Shown here: piece after piece, positions 14,445 through 26,959 of the stretch
Layout of the letters: each line of letters starts with the position of its first letter
How positions within the stretch are numbered: the stretch's first letter is position 1
DNA from: Octopus sinensis
Lineage: Eukaryota
NCBI RefSeq assembly: GCF_006345805.1
Contig: NC_043017.1
Coordinates: 8,804,001-8,868,000 of the forward strand
Direction of reading: 5' to 3'
Length of the DNA stretch: 64,000 nt
The notes under the pieces: model-generated
The model's input: only the letters and a program-made list of their open reading frames with translations
What the model was told of the DNA's origin: nothing
Databases searched by the model: none
Program-made: the position numbers and the translations under genes

Positions 14445-15654
14445 GCCAACTCACAAGGTTTTGGTCAACCTGGGGTTATAGCAAAAGACACTTGCCCATT
14501 GTGTAATGTTTCCTGTCTTTTCTTTTTCCAAGTAAAACAGTGACTTGAAAGAGATTTAACTGCTATTCCTGGATGGTCAAGTGACCACAGAAGTTTCCTC
14601 TTTGGCTGACCAGTATTGTTGCTGATATTATTGGTGTTGTAGTGGGACATTGAGGGTAGAAGAGAAAAGACTCTACCCAACAAAACTGATAGCAGGAGAG
14701 GGGTGGAGATAAGGGAGGTGTCAGAGTATGGAATACAGGGTGGGTGGGGTGATAGGTGAAGGGCCAGTTGGTGGGGGAGTGCCAGTGAAGAAAGGTGAAC
14801 TGCCGATGGGGGTCAGTGGGGGGGGTTGAAGTGATGGGTTGGGGTGAAGTGCATTGGGTGGGGGAAAGTGTTGGAGGGATAGTACTGGAAGAAAGGTGAA
14901 AGGTTAGAGAAAAATCTGACAGTTGTAAACTGGTTGAAAAAAGGTGGCAGTTATGTATGAGGGTGGTGGTGTTCGTGAGGGCAATCAGCCCTGCACTGCT
15001 ACCCTTCTGTCTCTAAATATGAATTCTCGGGTGGATATATGTATGTATATGTGAGAGATAAAAAGAGAGGAAGAAAGAAAGGAACACTGTAGCCTTGGCT
15101 GTCCAATAACATTACTCTACAAGTTCTACTACAATGTCCCTGCCATTCCACACAACACCCATTCAACCACCCCCAAGCCAACCTAGCTCAGGCCTGGGGA
15201 AAAATGATGGGGAGGAGCTGCACCCCTCCATCATCACCACCACCACCACCACCAATACCATTACTGACATTGTCAAATGTGTAGGTGAAGGCAGCACAAA
15301 CATAGGGCAAGGTGGAGGGGTGGAGTGACAGTGGTGGTGGTGTGGGGGGGTCAATGTTGATGTAATTCTCAAACTTGTTCTAGATTTTGACATGACACAA
15401 CACAACCACCCTGAATTCTATTACAACAACATCTACATCAGATGTCCTACATATACCAACCCCACCTGCACACCTACCCACCACTAATAACACTAGCAAC
15501 AACCACCAACACCCTCATCAGACATTACCTCCACCCACCCCACCACCAATAATAATACCAGCAACAACAACTAGATCTGCATTAGACACTACCACCATCA
15601 CCATTGTCACCACTAACACCAGCAACAACCATAGCACCTTCAACAGATACTATC

Positions 15655-15707
<53 letters not shown>

Positions 15708-16263
15708 CATAGATAGATGCAGGCATGGCCATGTAGTAAGTGGTTTGTTTCCCAACCACAGGGTTCCAGGTTCAGTCCTGCTGTGAGGCACCTTCGGCAA
15801 GTTTCTTCCACTATAGCCTCAAGCCAGCCAAAGCCTTATGAGTAGATTTGGTAGACAGAAGCTGAAAGAAGACTGTCACATATATATGTGTGTGTGTGTG
15901 TGTGTTTGTCCACCACCATCACTTAACAACCAGTGCAGGTGTGTTTAAATTCCCATAACTTAGCGGTTCGGCAAAAGAGAGCAATAGCATAAGTATCAAA
16001 CTTTAAAAAAAAAATGTAAGCACTAGGGTGAAATAGTCCAACTGAAGTTCTTCAAGATGGTGCCTCCAGCATGGCCACAGTCTAATGACTGAATGGATTT
16101 GGTAGATAGAAACTGAAAGAAGCCCATCATGTATATATGTATATGATGATGATGATATATATATATATAAATTCCATTCCGGTCATTCAATATGTGACTG
16201 CGTGTGTACCGTTGGCGATTTTCTTTCCCCGTCTTCCTTTCCTTGGACCTTTCATTTTTCTAT

Positions 16264-16298
16264 GTTTCTGACGAAGAGCTTCACTTGAAACATTAGAA
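16264..16298 (+). ncRNA. Degenerate minimal type I hammerhead-like motif (family 1)
   Basis: GTTT-CTGACGA-A-GAGC ttc ACTT-GAAA-CA-TT-AGAA. Core boxes intact; stems II and III damaged by CpG-type changes relative to the 51290 copy. Confidence 0.55.
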
Positions 16299-16438
16299 TC
16301 TCCTTTCCTTCTTTTCTTTCCTGAGCGTCCAATAACACTATACTTGTTCAACGTCGTCATGTTGTTCATGTTGAATCGTTAGCTCCTGCACGCATTTTTT
16401 TTCTCTCCTTGTTTCTCTCCGTGTTTCTTTTCTGTGTA

Positions 16439-16476
16439 TCTTTCTGTTGAAGGGCATAGGCTCGAAACGTAAAAGA
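16439..16476 (+). ncRNA. Minimal type I hammerhead-like motif (family 2, CUGUUGA core)
   Basis: TCTTT-CTGTTGA-A-GGGC atag GCTC-GAAA-CG-TA-AAAGA. Stem I is 5 bp, stem II is 4 bp with one G-U, cleavage triplet GUA, position 6 is U instead of A. Confidence 0.55.
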
Positions 16477-16996
16477 CTTGTTTTATTTCTATTCCTGAGC
16501 GCCATACTAATACAATTGTTTGTTTGTACTCCACCTGCCTTCGTCTTTTGTTTATTTTCGTAAAGCTTCCCGTTATATATATCTGTGTATGTCTTTGTGT
16601 CCACGTTTGTCCCCCACCACTGCTTGACATCCAGCATTGGTGCGTCTACATCCCTGTAACTCAATGCTTTGGTAAAAGAACTGATAGAATAAGTACTAGG
16701 GTTGAAAAAACAAGTCCTGCTGTTGATTCCTTCGACTGAAACCCTTTCAAGGCAGTGCTCCATCATGGCTGCAGTCAAATGACTGAAGCAAGCAAAAGAA
16801 GGCAATGTCTATTATTTCACATCACACTTTCATGAATGATAATGTGCTTAATTGTAAGTTTCCTGTCTGAGCCAATCACTGCTTTGTTGCATTTATGATG
16901 GTGACCTTGATAATGAAATACATGATGAGATTAGACATAATTGTCTTCTCATCAATATCTAGTTGGTGATGACGTGTGTGTCTGTGTCTGTGCGTG

Positions 16997-17012
16997 AGCA
17001 TGCATGTTTAAG

Positions 17013-17062
<50 letters not shown>

Positions 17063-17370
17063 GGTATGTTGGTGCAAATGGGGAAAATAGAACTCATATA
17101 TTTTTTATTAATAAACTAGTCTGATAAGTACCAGCGCACGAAATTCTTGACCTTGTGGTGCTGTTCCTTCTGCTAAATATTAATGAATATACATGTATGT
17201 GTGTGCATGCATGTATAAGTATTTTATTTATATATATATAGTTATGTTGGTGCAAACAGGAAAAATAGAACTCGTATTTTTTTTACTAATAGACTAGTTT
17301 GATAAGTGCCAATGCACGAATCTCTCGGACCTTGTGTCAGTGTTTCTTCTGCTAAATATTAATAAATATA

Positions 17371-17380
<10 letters not shown>
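16997..17380. repeat. Diverged tandem duplication, about 180-bp unit
   Basis: TATGTTGGTGCAAA...AAAATAGAACTC...ACTAGT.TGATAAGT.CCA..GCACGAA...TTCTGCTAAATATTAAT occurs twice. Confidence 0.85.
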
Positions 17381-17413
<33 letters not shown>

Positions 17414-18238
17414 CCCATGTTACTATGGAAAATCTGGATGTAGACCAATCAAATGAACATATGTACATATACTCATGCATACACACACACAAGTGATTTA
17501 AAATGAAAATAGCAACACAAGGATATGAAAGACACGAGAAACATTGTTAGTTTCACATTTCAAGAAATGGAAAAGTTCTTAGCATTCTGGACTTAAGTTC
17601 TTCATGGGAAAGAAATAAAGAAAATGAAGGAGAAGAGGAGAGAATGAGAATGAGTGAGGGAGAAATTTAAAGAAAAAAAAGAAAAAGTTGTAATCTGAGT
17701 TGACTACTTCAGAACAATTTTGAAACTCAAATATATACACACATGCACGTACTTACACGCAATAATAATAATAATTACAATAGTTATGTTCTGAATTCAA
17801 ATTCTGCTGAGGTTGACTTTGAAATTTGGGTGAAGAGGACTACTTAATAACATCAACCCTAGTGTTTCACTGGTATTTATTTCATCGACCCCGAAAGGAT
17901 ACGAGGCAAAGTCCACTTCAGTTCAATTTGGACAGACCACAAGCATGGATGAAATGCTGCTAACGGCTCTGCCAGTTTGTCACCTTGATAATAATATTAA
18001 TCCTTTCTACTATAAGCACAAGGCTTGAAATTTTGGGGGTGGGGACTAGTCGATTACATCGACCCCAGTGTTTCACTGGTACTTAATTTATGGACCCCAA
18101 AAGGATGATAGGCAAAGTCAACCTCAGCGGAATTTCAACTCAGATGAAATACCACTAGTAGCTGATGAAATACCACTAAGCTTTTCATCAAGCATGCTAA
18201 CGATTCTGCCAGCTCACTGCCTTAATAATAATAATAAC

Positions 18239-18274
<36 letters not shown>

Positions 18275-18909
18275 CATCATCATTGTTTAATGTCCGCTTT
18301 CCATGCTAGCATGAGTTGGACGATTTGACTAAGAGCTGGCGAACCAGATTGTTGCACCAGGCTTCAGTCTTGATCTGGCAGAGTTTCTACAGCTGGATGC
18401 CCTTCCTAACGCCAACCATTCCAAGAGTGTAGTGGAAGCTTTTATGTGCCACTGGTACGGGACCAGTCAGGTGGTACTGGCAACGACCTCGCTCGAATCT
18501 TTTACACATGCCACCGGCACAGGTGCCAGTAAGGCGATGCTGGTAACGATCACGCTCGAATGGTGTCTTTAATAATAATGATGATGATGATGAATAGTAT
18601 TGGCTCAAGGCCTGAAATTTTGGGGGAGGGGACAAGTCAATTAGAGTGACCCCAGTGCATAACTGGTACTTATTTCATTGACCCTGAGAGGACAAAAGGC
18701 AAAGTTGATCTTAGCAGCATCTGAGCTTAAAATATTAAGTGCACGAAGAAATGCCACAATGCATTTTATCCAAAGCAGTAACACTTCTGCCAACTCCCTA
18801 ATAAAACAGAATTCAAATATAATCCCAGATACATAAAAATAAACAAAGTATATAAAAACATTAACAAAAAAAAATAGGTCTGCAAAAATGAAAATAAGAA
18901 GTCTCTTAC

Positions 18910-19043
18910 CTTTAGGACATAAACACATGAACTGGAACTTATTGGTGCGGCTACAAGTACCACCATTTAGACAGGGACTTGGTTGACAAGGAATATACTG
19001 CGTTTCACAGTGTCTCCCTGTGTATTTTTGGGGACATTGACAG
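18910..19043 (-). CDS. Notch: Notch exon: end of EGF5 plus EGF6 (134 nt, phase 2/1)
   Basis: Acceptor ttcttcatgtattgcag| and donor AAAG|gtaaga. Translation: (F)CQCPQKYTGRHCETQYIPCQPSPCLNGGTCSRTNKFQFMCLCPK(G), matching the Notch EGF5/6 junction (human RPYVPCSPSPCQNGGTC). Seen in ORF 18641..19165(-). Confidence 0.93.
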
Positions 19044-19080
19044 CTGCAATACATGAAGAATAAATGAATGAATAAGTGTA

Positions 19081-19130
<50 letters not shown>

Positions 19131-19242
19131 TGTCTGGTAAGAAGCTTGTGATATGAACCCATCATTCCGGGTTAAATTCCACTGTCTGACACCTTGGGCA
19201 AGTGTCGTCTACTATAGCCTCGGGCTGACCAAAGTTCGCATG

Positions 19243-19334
<92 letters not shown>

Positions 19335-20825
19335 GTGTGTGTATGTATATGTATATGTGCCTTTGTGTCTGTGTTTGTCTCCCCCCACGATTGCTTGACA
19401 ACAGGTGATGGTGTGTTTGTGAACTTAGCAGTTCAGCAAGAGAGAACGATAAAATAAGTGCTAAGTTTTAAAAAATTAATCCTGGGATGTTGATTTGTTT
19501 GACTAAAAACCCTCAAGGCAGTGCTCCAGCATGGTTGCAGTCAAATGACTGAAACGAGCAAAAGAATAAAAGAACATCTTTTATCTTTTACTTGTTCCGG
19601 CCATGCTGGAGCACAGCCTTGATGAATTTCAGTCTTATAATACCCCAGCAAGGTAATACTTTTCCTGTAGTTACATATGTTTTCCATGGAAAATCGGAAC
19701 TGAACAAACTCATTTGTATGATGAGGATTTTCACATATAACCATCACATGATGTCTAGACAGGGGTACACACAAACAACCACACATCACACACTCAGGAC
19801 TGAAAAGTTCCTGGCTTTGTATAAAAGAAAATACACACTTATTGTAACAGTCCTTTAGTTTTTCTAAGCCCTGTAAAAGAACTTGGCAGCTTGAGCCTCC
19901 AACCAGGCCTTTCACGATACTCTTAAAGCCAAGAACTTTTTGGCATCCCATCATATACACATGAGCTTCTTTCACTTTCCATCTACCAAAGTCACTCACA
20001 AAGCTTTGGTTTGCCTGAGGTTACAGCAGAAGACTATTGCCCAATGTGCTGTACAATGAGACTGAACCCAAGACTATGTTGGTGCAAGTGAATTTCTTAA
20101 CCGTGCAACCAACCAAACATTCATTTCAGCACTATTTCTGATGAATCAGAAATAAAAAAATCTGCTGTGAAACAGCACTTCTGAATTCATTCAGCTTCAT
20201 ACATCACTATCATTATTTAACGTCCATTTTCAATTCTTGCTTGAGCTACTGCCCTTGTCCTTTTAACGTTCACTTAGCCTCACCTCAAATCATGTTTTCA
20301 TTTAAAATGGTTTCTATGACTGGATGTCCTTTCTAATGCCAACCACTTTACAAAGTGTGTTTGGGTGCATTTCTTTTTTCATAGTACTAGTGAGGTTGCC
20401 TTGTATTTGTAAGATCCTCATTAGTCCTTTGCTTAAATATCAAATGCATAAAATAAAACTTCATTTAACACCTTCCATGATCACAGAGTTTATTGAGGCA
20501 GATTTTCTACAGTTGGATGCTCTTCCCACTGGCAACCCTCACCTATTCCCAAGCAACGTAGCATTTCCTCATGGCCAAACTTGTTTACCCACAAGATCAC
20601 AAACCCACAAAAAATTACTTGCTAGTTTATTTTGTCGAGAGAGAGAGAGAGAGAGAGAGATGTATAGATAAATATATATGTATGTATAGATATATATATA
20701 TACACACAAATATATATATATATATTCTACGCCCAGTATCATTTAATATATAACATATACAACACTCAGTGTTTATTACAATTGTAAAATATCTGAGACA
20801 GACTTACTCTGAGATTTGTTTCTTT

Positions 20826-20878
<53 letters not shown>

Positions 20879-22129
20879 ATTTGTGTGCTCGTGTATTTAT
20901 TAAATTTGTCTGTGCAAATGTATGTTTGTTTGTGTTTGTGTGTACATGCATATATTTTTTTTGTGTATTTCTCCTTTACATACTTATAGACAGGTCAAAC
21001 CCAAGGAAAGTTTACTTACAGTGTATATTCACACACACACACTGATACACATGCACTCAACAACACACACATACAGACGATTCACTCAAGTGAAACTAAA
21101 GTAGACTACACGACCATATAAATTCATACAAGTGTGATTCACTGAAAAGACAAAACTAACCAAAGTCACGCTCCAGTGGAATCAATGAACTTTCCGCTCT
21201 GACTCCATTATCACGACTGTTTCTACCCTTACATTATTAGATTAGATTGAGATTAACTAGATTAGATTATGTACACCCGTAATAGTCTTTCTCTTATCAA
21301 GTGAATTGAAGTCATACTAGTTTCCCACACCAACACTTTCTGTCTGTAGTCAAATTTCACCATGACTATGATGATTACAACCAGTACCACTACTGCGACT
21401 ACTGTAACCAATACTACTATGACAAAAACCATTATGGGGGGAGGGACTCCACCAACTACCACAACTGTGAATATGACCACTCCTATGAATTATTGTCATC
21501 AGGCATTGTATGCCTTCCTGGTTGACCATTTCGTCTCATATTTCTGTTGCAATACACCGACTTTGCTTCAAATAATGTTTAAAATAACGAACAATTCAGT
21601 TTAATAAATTTTGTCGTCATCAACCCTTTAGCATTTGAATTGGTCATCTCTGGACCAAATATGGTGTTTATGTTCTAACCAGCCAGATGCAGCCAGTCAC
21701 AGATATTCTTCAATGCTATTCTAAGAATATACAATCACATCATCAAAATTTCAGAGCTATGAGATAATGTATGATTAATTAAAAACAATGTAATTGAGAA
21801 AGCATTGCATTTGACTGATTAAGCTGAATGCTAAATGGTTAAAGAGGTATTTGGGTCACAAATTAGCACGACATTTTGATGGAAGATTTTAATTTAGATC
21901 TCTTTAACCTTTTTATTACCATATTTCCATTGAACTACATCGTCTGTTTCAATTAATAATAATTGATAATAGATTTATCAAAATAACTTCGTCAGTATTA
22001 AGCTGATGTTTGGAAATTAAATTAACATGACATTTTGGTGGAAGGTTTTAATTTAGATAACTTAAATATGGAAATTTCTATCAGGACCAAGAGCAGATTC
22101 ATATGGGTTGGTATCAAAAGGGTTAAAAG

Positions 22130-22485
22130 CAGTAAGTTTGTGTCCCAGAACTAGGGACAGTCTCAGGTAGTTTTGTAGTGTGAGTTCTCCAGTTGCCTCG
22201 ACACTTTTGTCTGACCAGCTCTTGACATTGTCCATCCATTGCATTCATTGCCTGTCTCTTGATCTACTACCCTCTACTTGTCCTTTCATTATAATCTTTT
22301 CCAAACCTTTGCTTCCTCGAATATGACTGTCTTGGTCTTTCATCGACTGGTGCACGTGGTCATTTGGCCAATAGGCATTTATGGTTGTGAAGTATGGACT
22401 CTGAACAAATTTGAAGAGAACATAATCAACGCATTTAAGATGTGGGTGAATAGGAGAATGTTGCGAGTCTCATGAACGAATCTTA
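22130..22485. mobile_element. RTE/BovB-like LINE ORF C-terminal relic with internal inversion
   Basis: Plus strand 22330-22485 encodes LVHVVIWPIGIYGCEVWTLNKFEENIINAFKMWVNRRMLRVS*. Minus strand 22329-22130 encodes HIRGSKGLEKIIMKGQVEGSRSRDRQ*MQWMDNVKSW. Both are typical RTE motifs. Confidence 0.8.
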
Positions 22486-23844
22486 TTGACCACAACCATC
22501 ACCAAAGCTACAACTGTTACTACAACTGCTAACACAACCACTACAGCTATAACTACTAATAAAACCACTATTACTATTATCACTGCAATAGCTATGACCA
22601 CTACTACAACTCTCACCTGAACCAACAACCACCACTACTAAATATACGATAGATATAACCTCAATGACAACTACTACCACTTCTATGACTACAACCAGTA
22701 CATCTATTACACGTATAACCACTACTACAACCATCACCAATACAGTGATTATAACCTCCACAACCACTACTGCTACTACTACTGATACTACACATACCAC
22801 TACCAAAACCACCCCAACATGAAAGCTACCACTGCTAGTCACCATTTCCCACCCCACCACCGAGGTAACTTGTCAAACAGTCTGACAGATTGACTGTTTG
22901 ACAAGCCAGTTGTCGCTGAAACTTGGAAGAAGTAAAGAAGCAGCCATCACTCTGTTTAATAAATACTAAGACACAACACTGTGTATTGCGTCATATCATT
23001 GGTGAATGTATCGGATGTTTTTACTTCTAACAACAACACACATCACACACACACACACACACACACGTATTTGATGGTTTAAAGACGCATGGGCACATTA
23101 GATGCACCCTAATTTCAGTAACGCATATTCAAGAAAGAAAAAAGAAATGTTTTTAGTGCATTAAAGCCATGTCAAGCCAGTGTGGTAAAGTAAGCTCACC
23201 AAACCAGGATGATCTCAAGCTCAAATTCATGGCCTCCACATCAGACCGTGGTTGGTGGAGAGAACATGCTGAGGCCTTCATCCAGCAGTGGATTAAGCAT
23301 AGATAGTCCAATCCAAAGCATTCAATATTGACATGCATTTGTATACTAGATCTGCGGTGATGTTTTTTTTAGACATTTTGGGAGTAGAAAAACATGCATC
23401 TTATATATAATCAAATAGAGTATTTCACTATTGCAGTTTAGTCTTCAAAGACCATGGAAATGCTCCTGAAACTTTTGTTTCCATCTCTTTCACAAAGCAG
23501 AAACTAACATGGCTGTGAAGGCCTAACAGCTCTTTATTTGATGGCACTCTCTGCTCCGTGTTCTGATGCAAGTTCTATTTGGTAGCCAATGTGCTTTACT
23601 TCAGCAATAAGGTTCAATTTGTTTTCAAAACCCTATTTCATTCTTCTTTATTAAAATTCTTACACTGGTTCTTCTAGCTTGGAGCAGGAGCAATTGCTAC
23701 AAAAGCAATGCACTTCTGCATTGGGATATTCAAGTTTTGTGCCCTTGTGATCCCTTGTCAGCGGCCAGCTCTTCATACAGTTTGTCATGCAAGATCCTTC
23801 CAACTGATATGTACTGTATGTGAACCAACCTGTCAAGGTGTCAT

Positions 23845-23851
23845 CCTTGAA

Positions 23852-23920
<69 letters not shown>

Positions 23921-24061
23921 AATATACACACACAAGCACACACACACACACATATATATAAGTATTAGTGCCAAGCAGTGCTTAGATTTAGCTTAGTTAA
24001 AATATGTTTATGACATATTTCTGCATTTTAACAGTTGAAATAGGTCACAAACATATTTTAA

Positions 24062-24103
<42 letters not shown>

Positions 24104-24248
24104 ATATGTACATATATGTGTAAATATATGTATATGTGTGTGTATTTGTACGTATATATATATATTATATATATATATACACACACACACACACATATAT
24201 ACATATATATATATATATATATGATGCACATATATATATACATACATG

Positions 24249-24289
<41 letters not shown>

Positions 24290-24470
24290 CACATATATAT
24301 ATATACATACATGTATATATATATATATATAAATACATATATATGTATATATGTGTGTGTGTGTGTGTATATATATATGCAAGTGCGTATATGTGTGTGT
24401 GTGTATATACACACACACACACACACACACACCTGAATATGAGTGCATATATACACGCACACACACAAAT
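23845..24470. repeat. Compound (TA)n/(CA)n/(TG)n microsatellite field (representative)
   Basis: Seen directly. Similar fields occur at 2780-3090, 5000-5420, 12060-12140, 19075-19340, 25335-25415 and 55295-55430. Confidence 0.95.
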
Positions 24471-25038
24471 CTAAATGTATGTATGTATAGCTGTATGTGT
24501 ATATGTGTTTGTATTACTGTATCAAGCAGACTATCGGATGTTGTTACACACCACTTGTCACAGCATGCCTCATCAGATTGTTGCAGCCCTCTAAAGATGC
24601 AGACCAACATTTATCTTGAACAGAATGCAGTCCAACACAGGATTACCCATTTGTAACTGTGCAGACTGGAGCAACATGAAATAAAGCGTTTTGCTCAAGA
24701 AAACAATGCACAGTCGCTGGTCTTGGAATTGAACCCAAGATCTTACAATCATGAGTGTAAGACCTTAACCACTAGGCCACATGCCTTGCAATATATACAC
24801 ACAAGGGGGTGCTGAAAAGTTCCTGACTTTTAAAGATATCATGAAGGGCCTTGTTGGAGACCCAACTTTCCGAGTTCTTTTACAGGGCTTAGAAAAATTA
24901 AAGGAATCCTGCCATACGTATGTGAATCTGAGAAGGGAATGTGTTGAATAAAATCATAATTAACAGATCCTCCTGGATTTTTTTTACTGAAGCCCAGGAA
25001 CTTTTCAGCCCCACCTATACACACACATTCATACAAGT

Positions 25039-25228
25039 GAGGGTGCTGAAAAGTTCTTGACTTTTAAAGTATCATGAAAGGCCTGGTTAGAGGCCCAACC
25101 TTCCAAGTTCTTTTACAGGGCTTACAAAAACTTACGGTCCGCTGCAGTAAGTGTGTATAAAATCCTAATTAACTGATCCTCCTGTATTTTCTTTTACCCA
25201 AAGCCAGGAACTTTCCAGCACCTCCTCA
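25039..25228. mobile_element. Mariner-like MITE (representative copy)
   Basis: GAGGGTGCTGAAAAGTTC...GAACTTTCCAGCACCTCCTC termini. Related copies lie near 24800-25015, 41693-41905 and 60345-60560, with partial copies at 19790 and 60104. Confidence 0.75.
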
Positions 25229-25334
25229 TATATTGGAAATTCTTTTTGGGAATGGTTAAAACAAAGCAAAATAGCTATAATGGTAGGTGAGTATTGGGTT
25301 AAAGCCATTTGAATAGAAAAACCCACATCTCCCA

Positions 25335-25416
<82 letters not shown>

Positions 25417-25744
25417 AAATACAAAATGGGACAAGAACGCAAAACATCTGGACAACTAAGTGATACAAAAAGAGACAACAAAACATCCAGATAAAAGATA
25501 CAAAAAAACAAGAACACAGAGGAGATTTTACATAAAGTATTTCGTTACAAAGTAGCGGTTATTTGTTGTGCAATTTTAATATTCAAATTACAAACGCACA
25601 CACAAGCAAATGTCTATACTGGTGTGTGTGTGTATATATATATATATATTTTTAGATATAAATGATGTACTTAAATGTAGTTGTGTTTTTAGCTTCTGCT
25701 TTTTCCATGATCACGTGTGAGTATTTTATTTATATTCCCTCGTA

Positions 25745-25807
25745 AGCTCTACTGAAGAAGAATATATCCTTTATAGGGATTAATTCCGAAATCGATTCAA
25801 TATAGAG
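25745..25807 (+). ncRNA. Possible degenerate hammerhead motif
   Basis: CTCTA-CTGAAGA-(AGAAT...ATCCT ttat AGGGAT...ATTCC)-GAAA-TCGA-TT-caata-TAGAG. Palindromic TCGA at stem III; stems imperfect. Confidence 0.35.
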
Positions 25808-25935
25808 ATAACAAAATTTAAATTTTCTAAAGGTTAGTTGCCCGCTTTCAGTTCAATTTTCCTGTAACAAGTGGATTATAAGTGGATAAATCAGTGTATT
25901 GGCTTTAGAATAACCTTCTTTAGCCCTTAATTATA

Positions 25936-26000
<65 letters not shown>

Positions 26001-26959
26001 TGTTTATATGTGTGTGTTTTTATTATTAGGAGCAAAAACTTTAAATAGCAACAAAATGTGTCACGTCGTTTGATATTCAGATGCAGGGGAGACAACTCCA
26101 AATTTCCCATGTCCGTTTTGAGAGAATATTGACGTTGGTTGTTTTGGTGTTTAACTCGGGCTTCGCAAAAAGATTCTCGACGGATTAATTAATTAGTTCC
26201 AAGTCAGCCTAGATCTATCCGTGAGTGTGCCATTTCTTTCTAGCATATCAAGGACTACATCCCAGCCATGACCGTTCTAACATTATTGCTTTTTCAGCCG
26301 CACTTTTTCTCAAACACGAGCGCGTGTACACACAGACACACACGCACGCACTCCTGTTAAGCATGAGCAAGATCAGCGAAGTCGCACAATATCAGAAATA
26401 TATAAAGTAGCAAATGGCCACAACGGAGATTTTAATAATGTCCATTAGAGTTTGCCTTTAAAGGGAGGTAACTCTTACAGCTTAAAGCCTTGGCATAGAT
26501 TTCATAAAGTTTCGTCTTGGGCAACAAGATATTGATTCCTACTTGTCGCACGAGACCATCGATTTGGGCGGAAGGGGTCAGTCGATTACGTCGACCCCAG
26601 TGCTCGATTAATATTTACTTTATCGACCCTGAAAGGATGAAAGACGAAATCGACCTCGGCTGAATTTGAACTCAGAACTGAGTAAGGAGTCGGAAGAAAC
26701 ATCACTAGACCCTTTGTCCGTTGTGCTAACAACTGAGCCAGTTTGCTGCCTTCTTGACCAAGAAGATATGAAGCTGCATCCGATGATGAAGCTCCAGCAA
26801 GGGCTTATAAAGCGTGAGAAGAGAATGTGTAGTTATCTACTCCCAGGTCTGCTCAAGGGACCCAGTTTTGGATTAGTCCTGTGACTGAGGGTATATATGG
26901 GGGCTTGAAGGAAGACTACCTGGCTCTAGACGTGCATCGCAGAGCCCTATCACTGTGAC

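Larger units (their letters stand above)
16190..16535 (+). mobile_element. Two tandem Penelope-terminus/retrozyme-like repeat units
   Basis: Unit 1 (about 16190-16380) is homologous to the reverse complement of 51240-51400 and 5440-5600. Unit 2 (about 16385-16535) is homologous to 63610-63760. Both carry a hammerhead-like fold followed by TTCCTGAGCG. Confidence 0.55.

Noticed and set aside
20133-20154. CTGATGA...GAAA as a hammerhead
   Set aside because: Only 4 nt separate the boxes (no stem II); it is just a 9-bp palindrome.
22483-22860. Mucin-like Thr-rich frame
   Set aside because: Degenerate (ACT/ACC)n tract like several others in the window; no exon boundaries.
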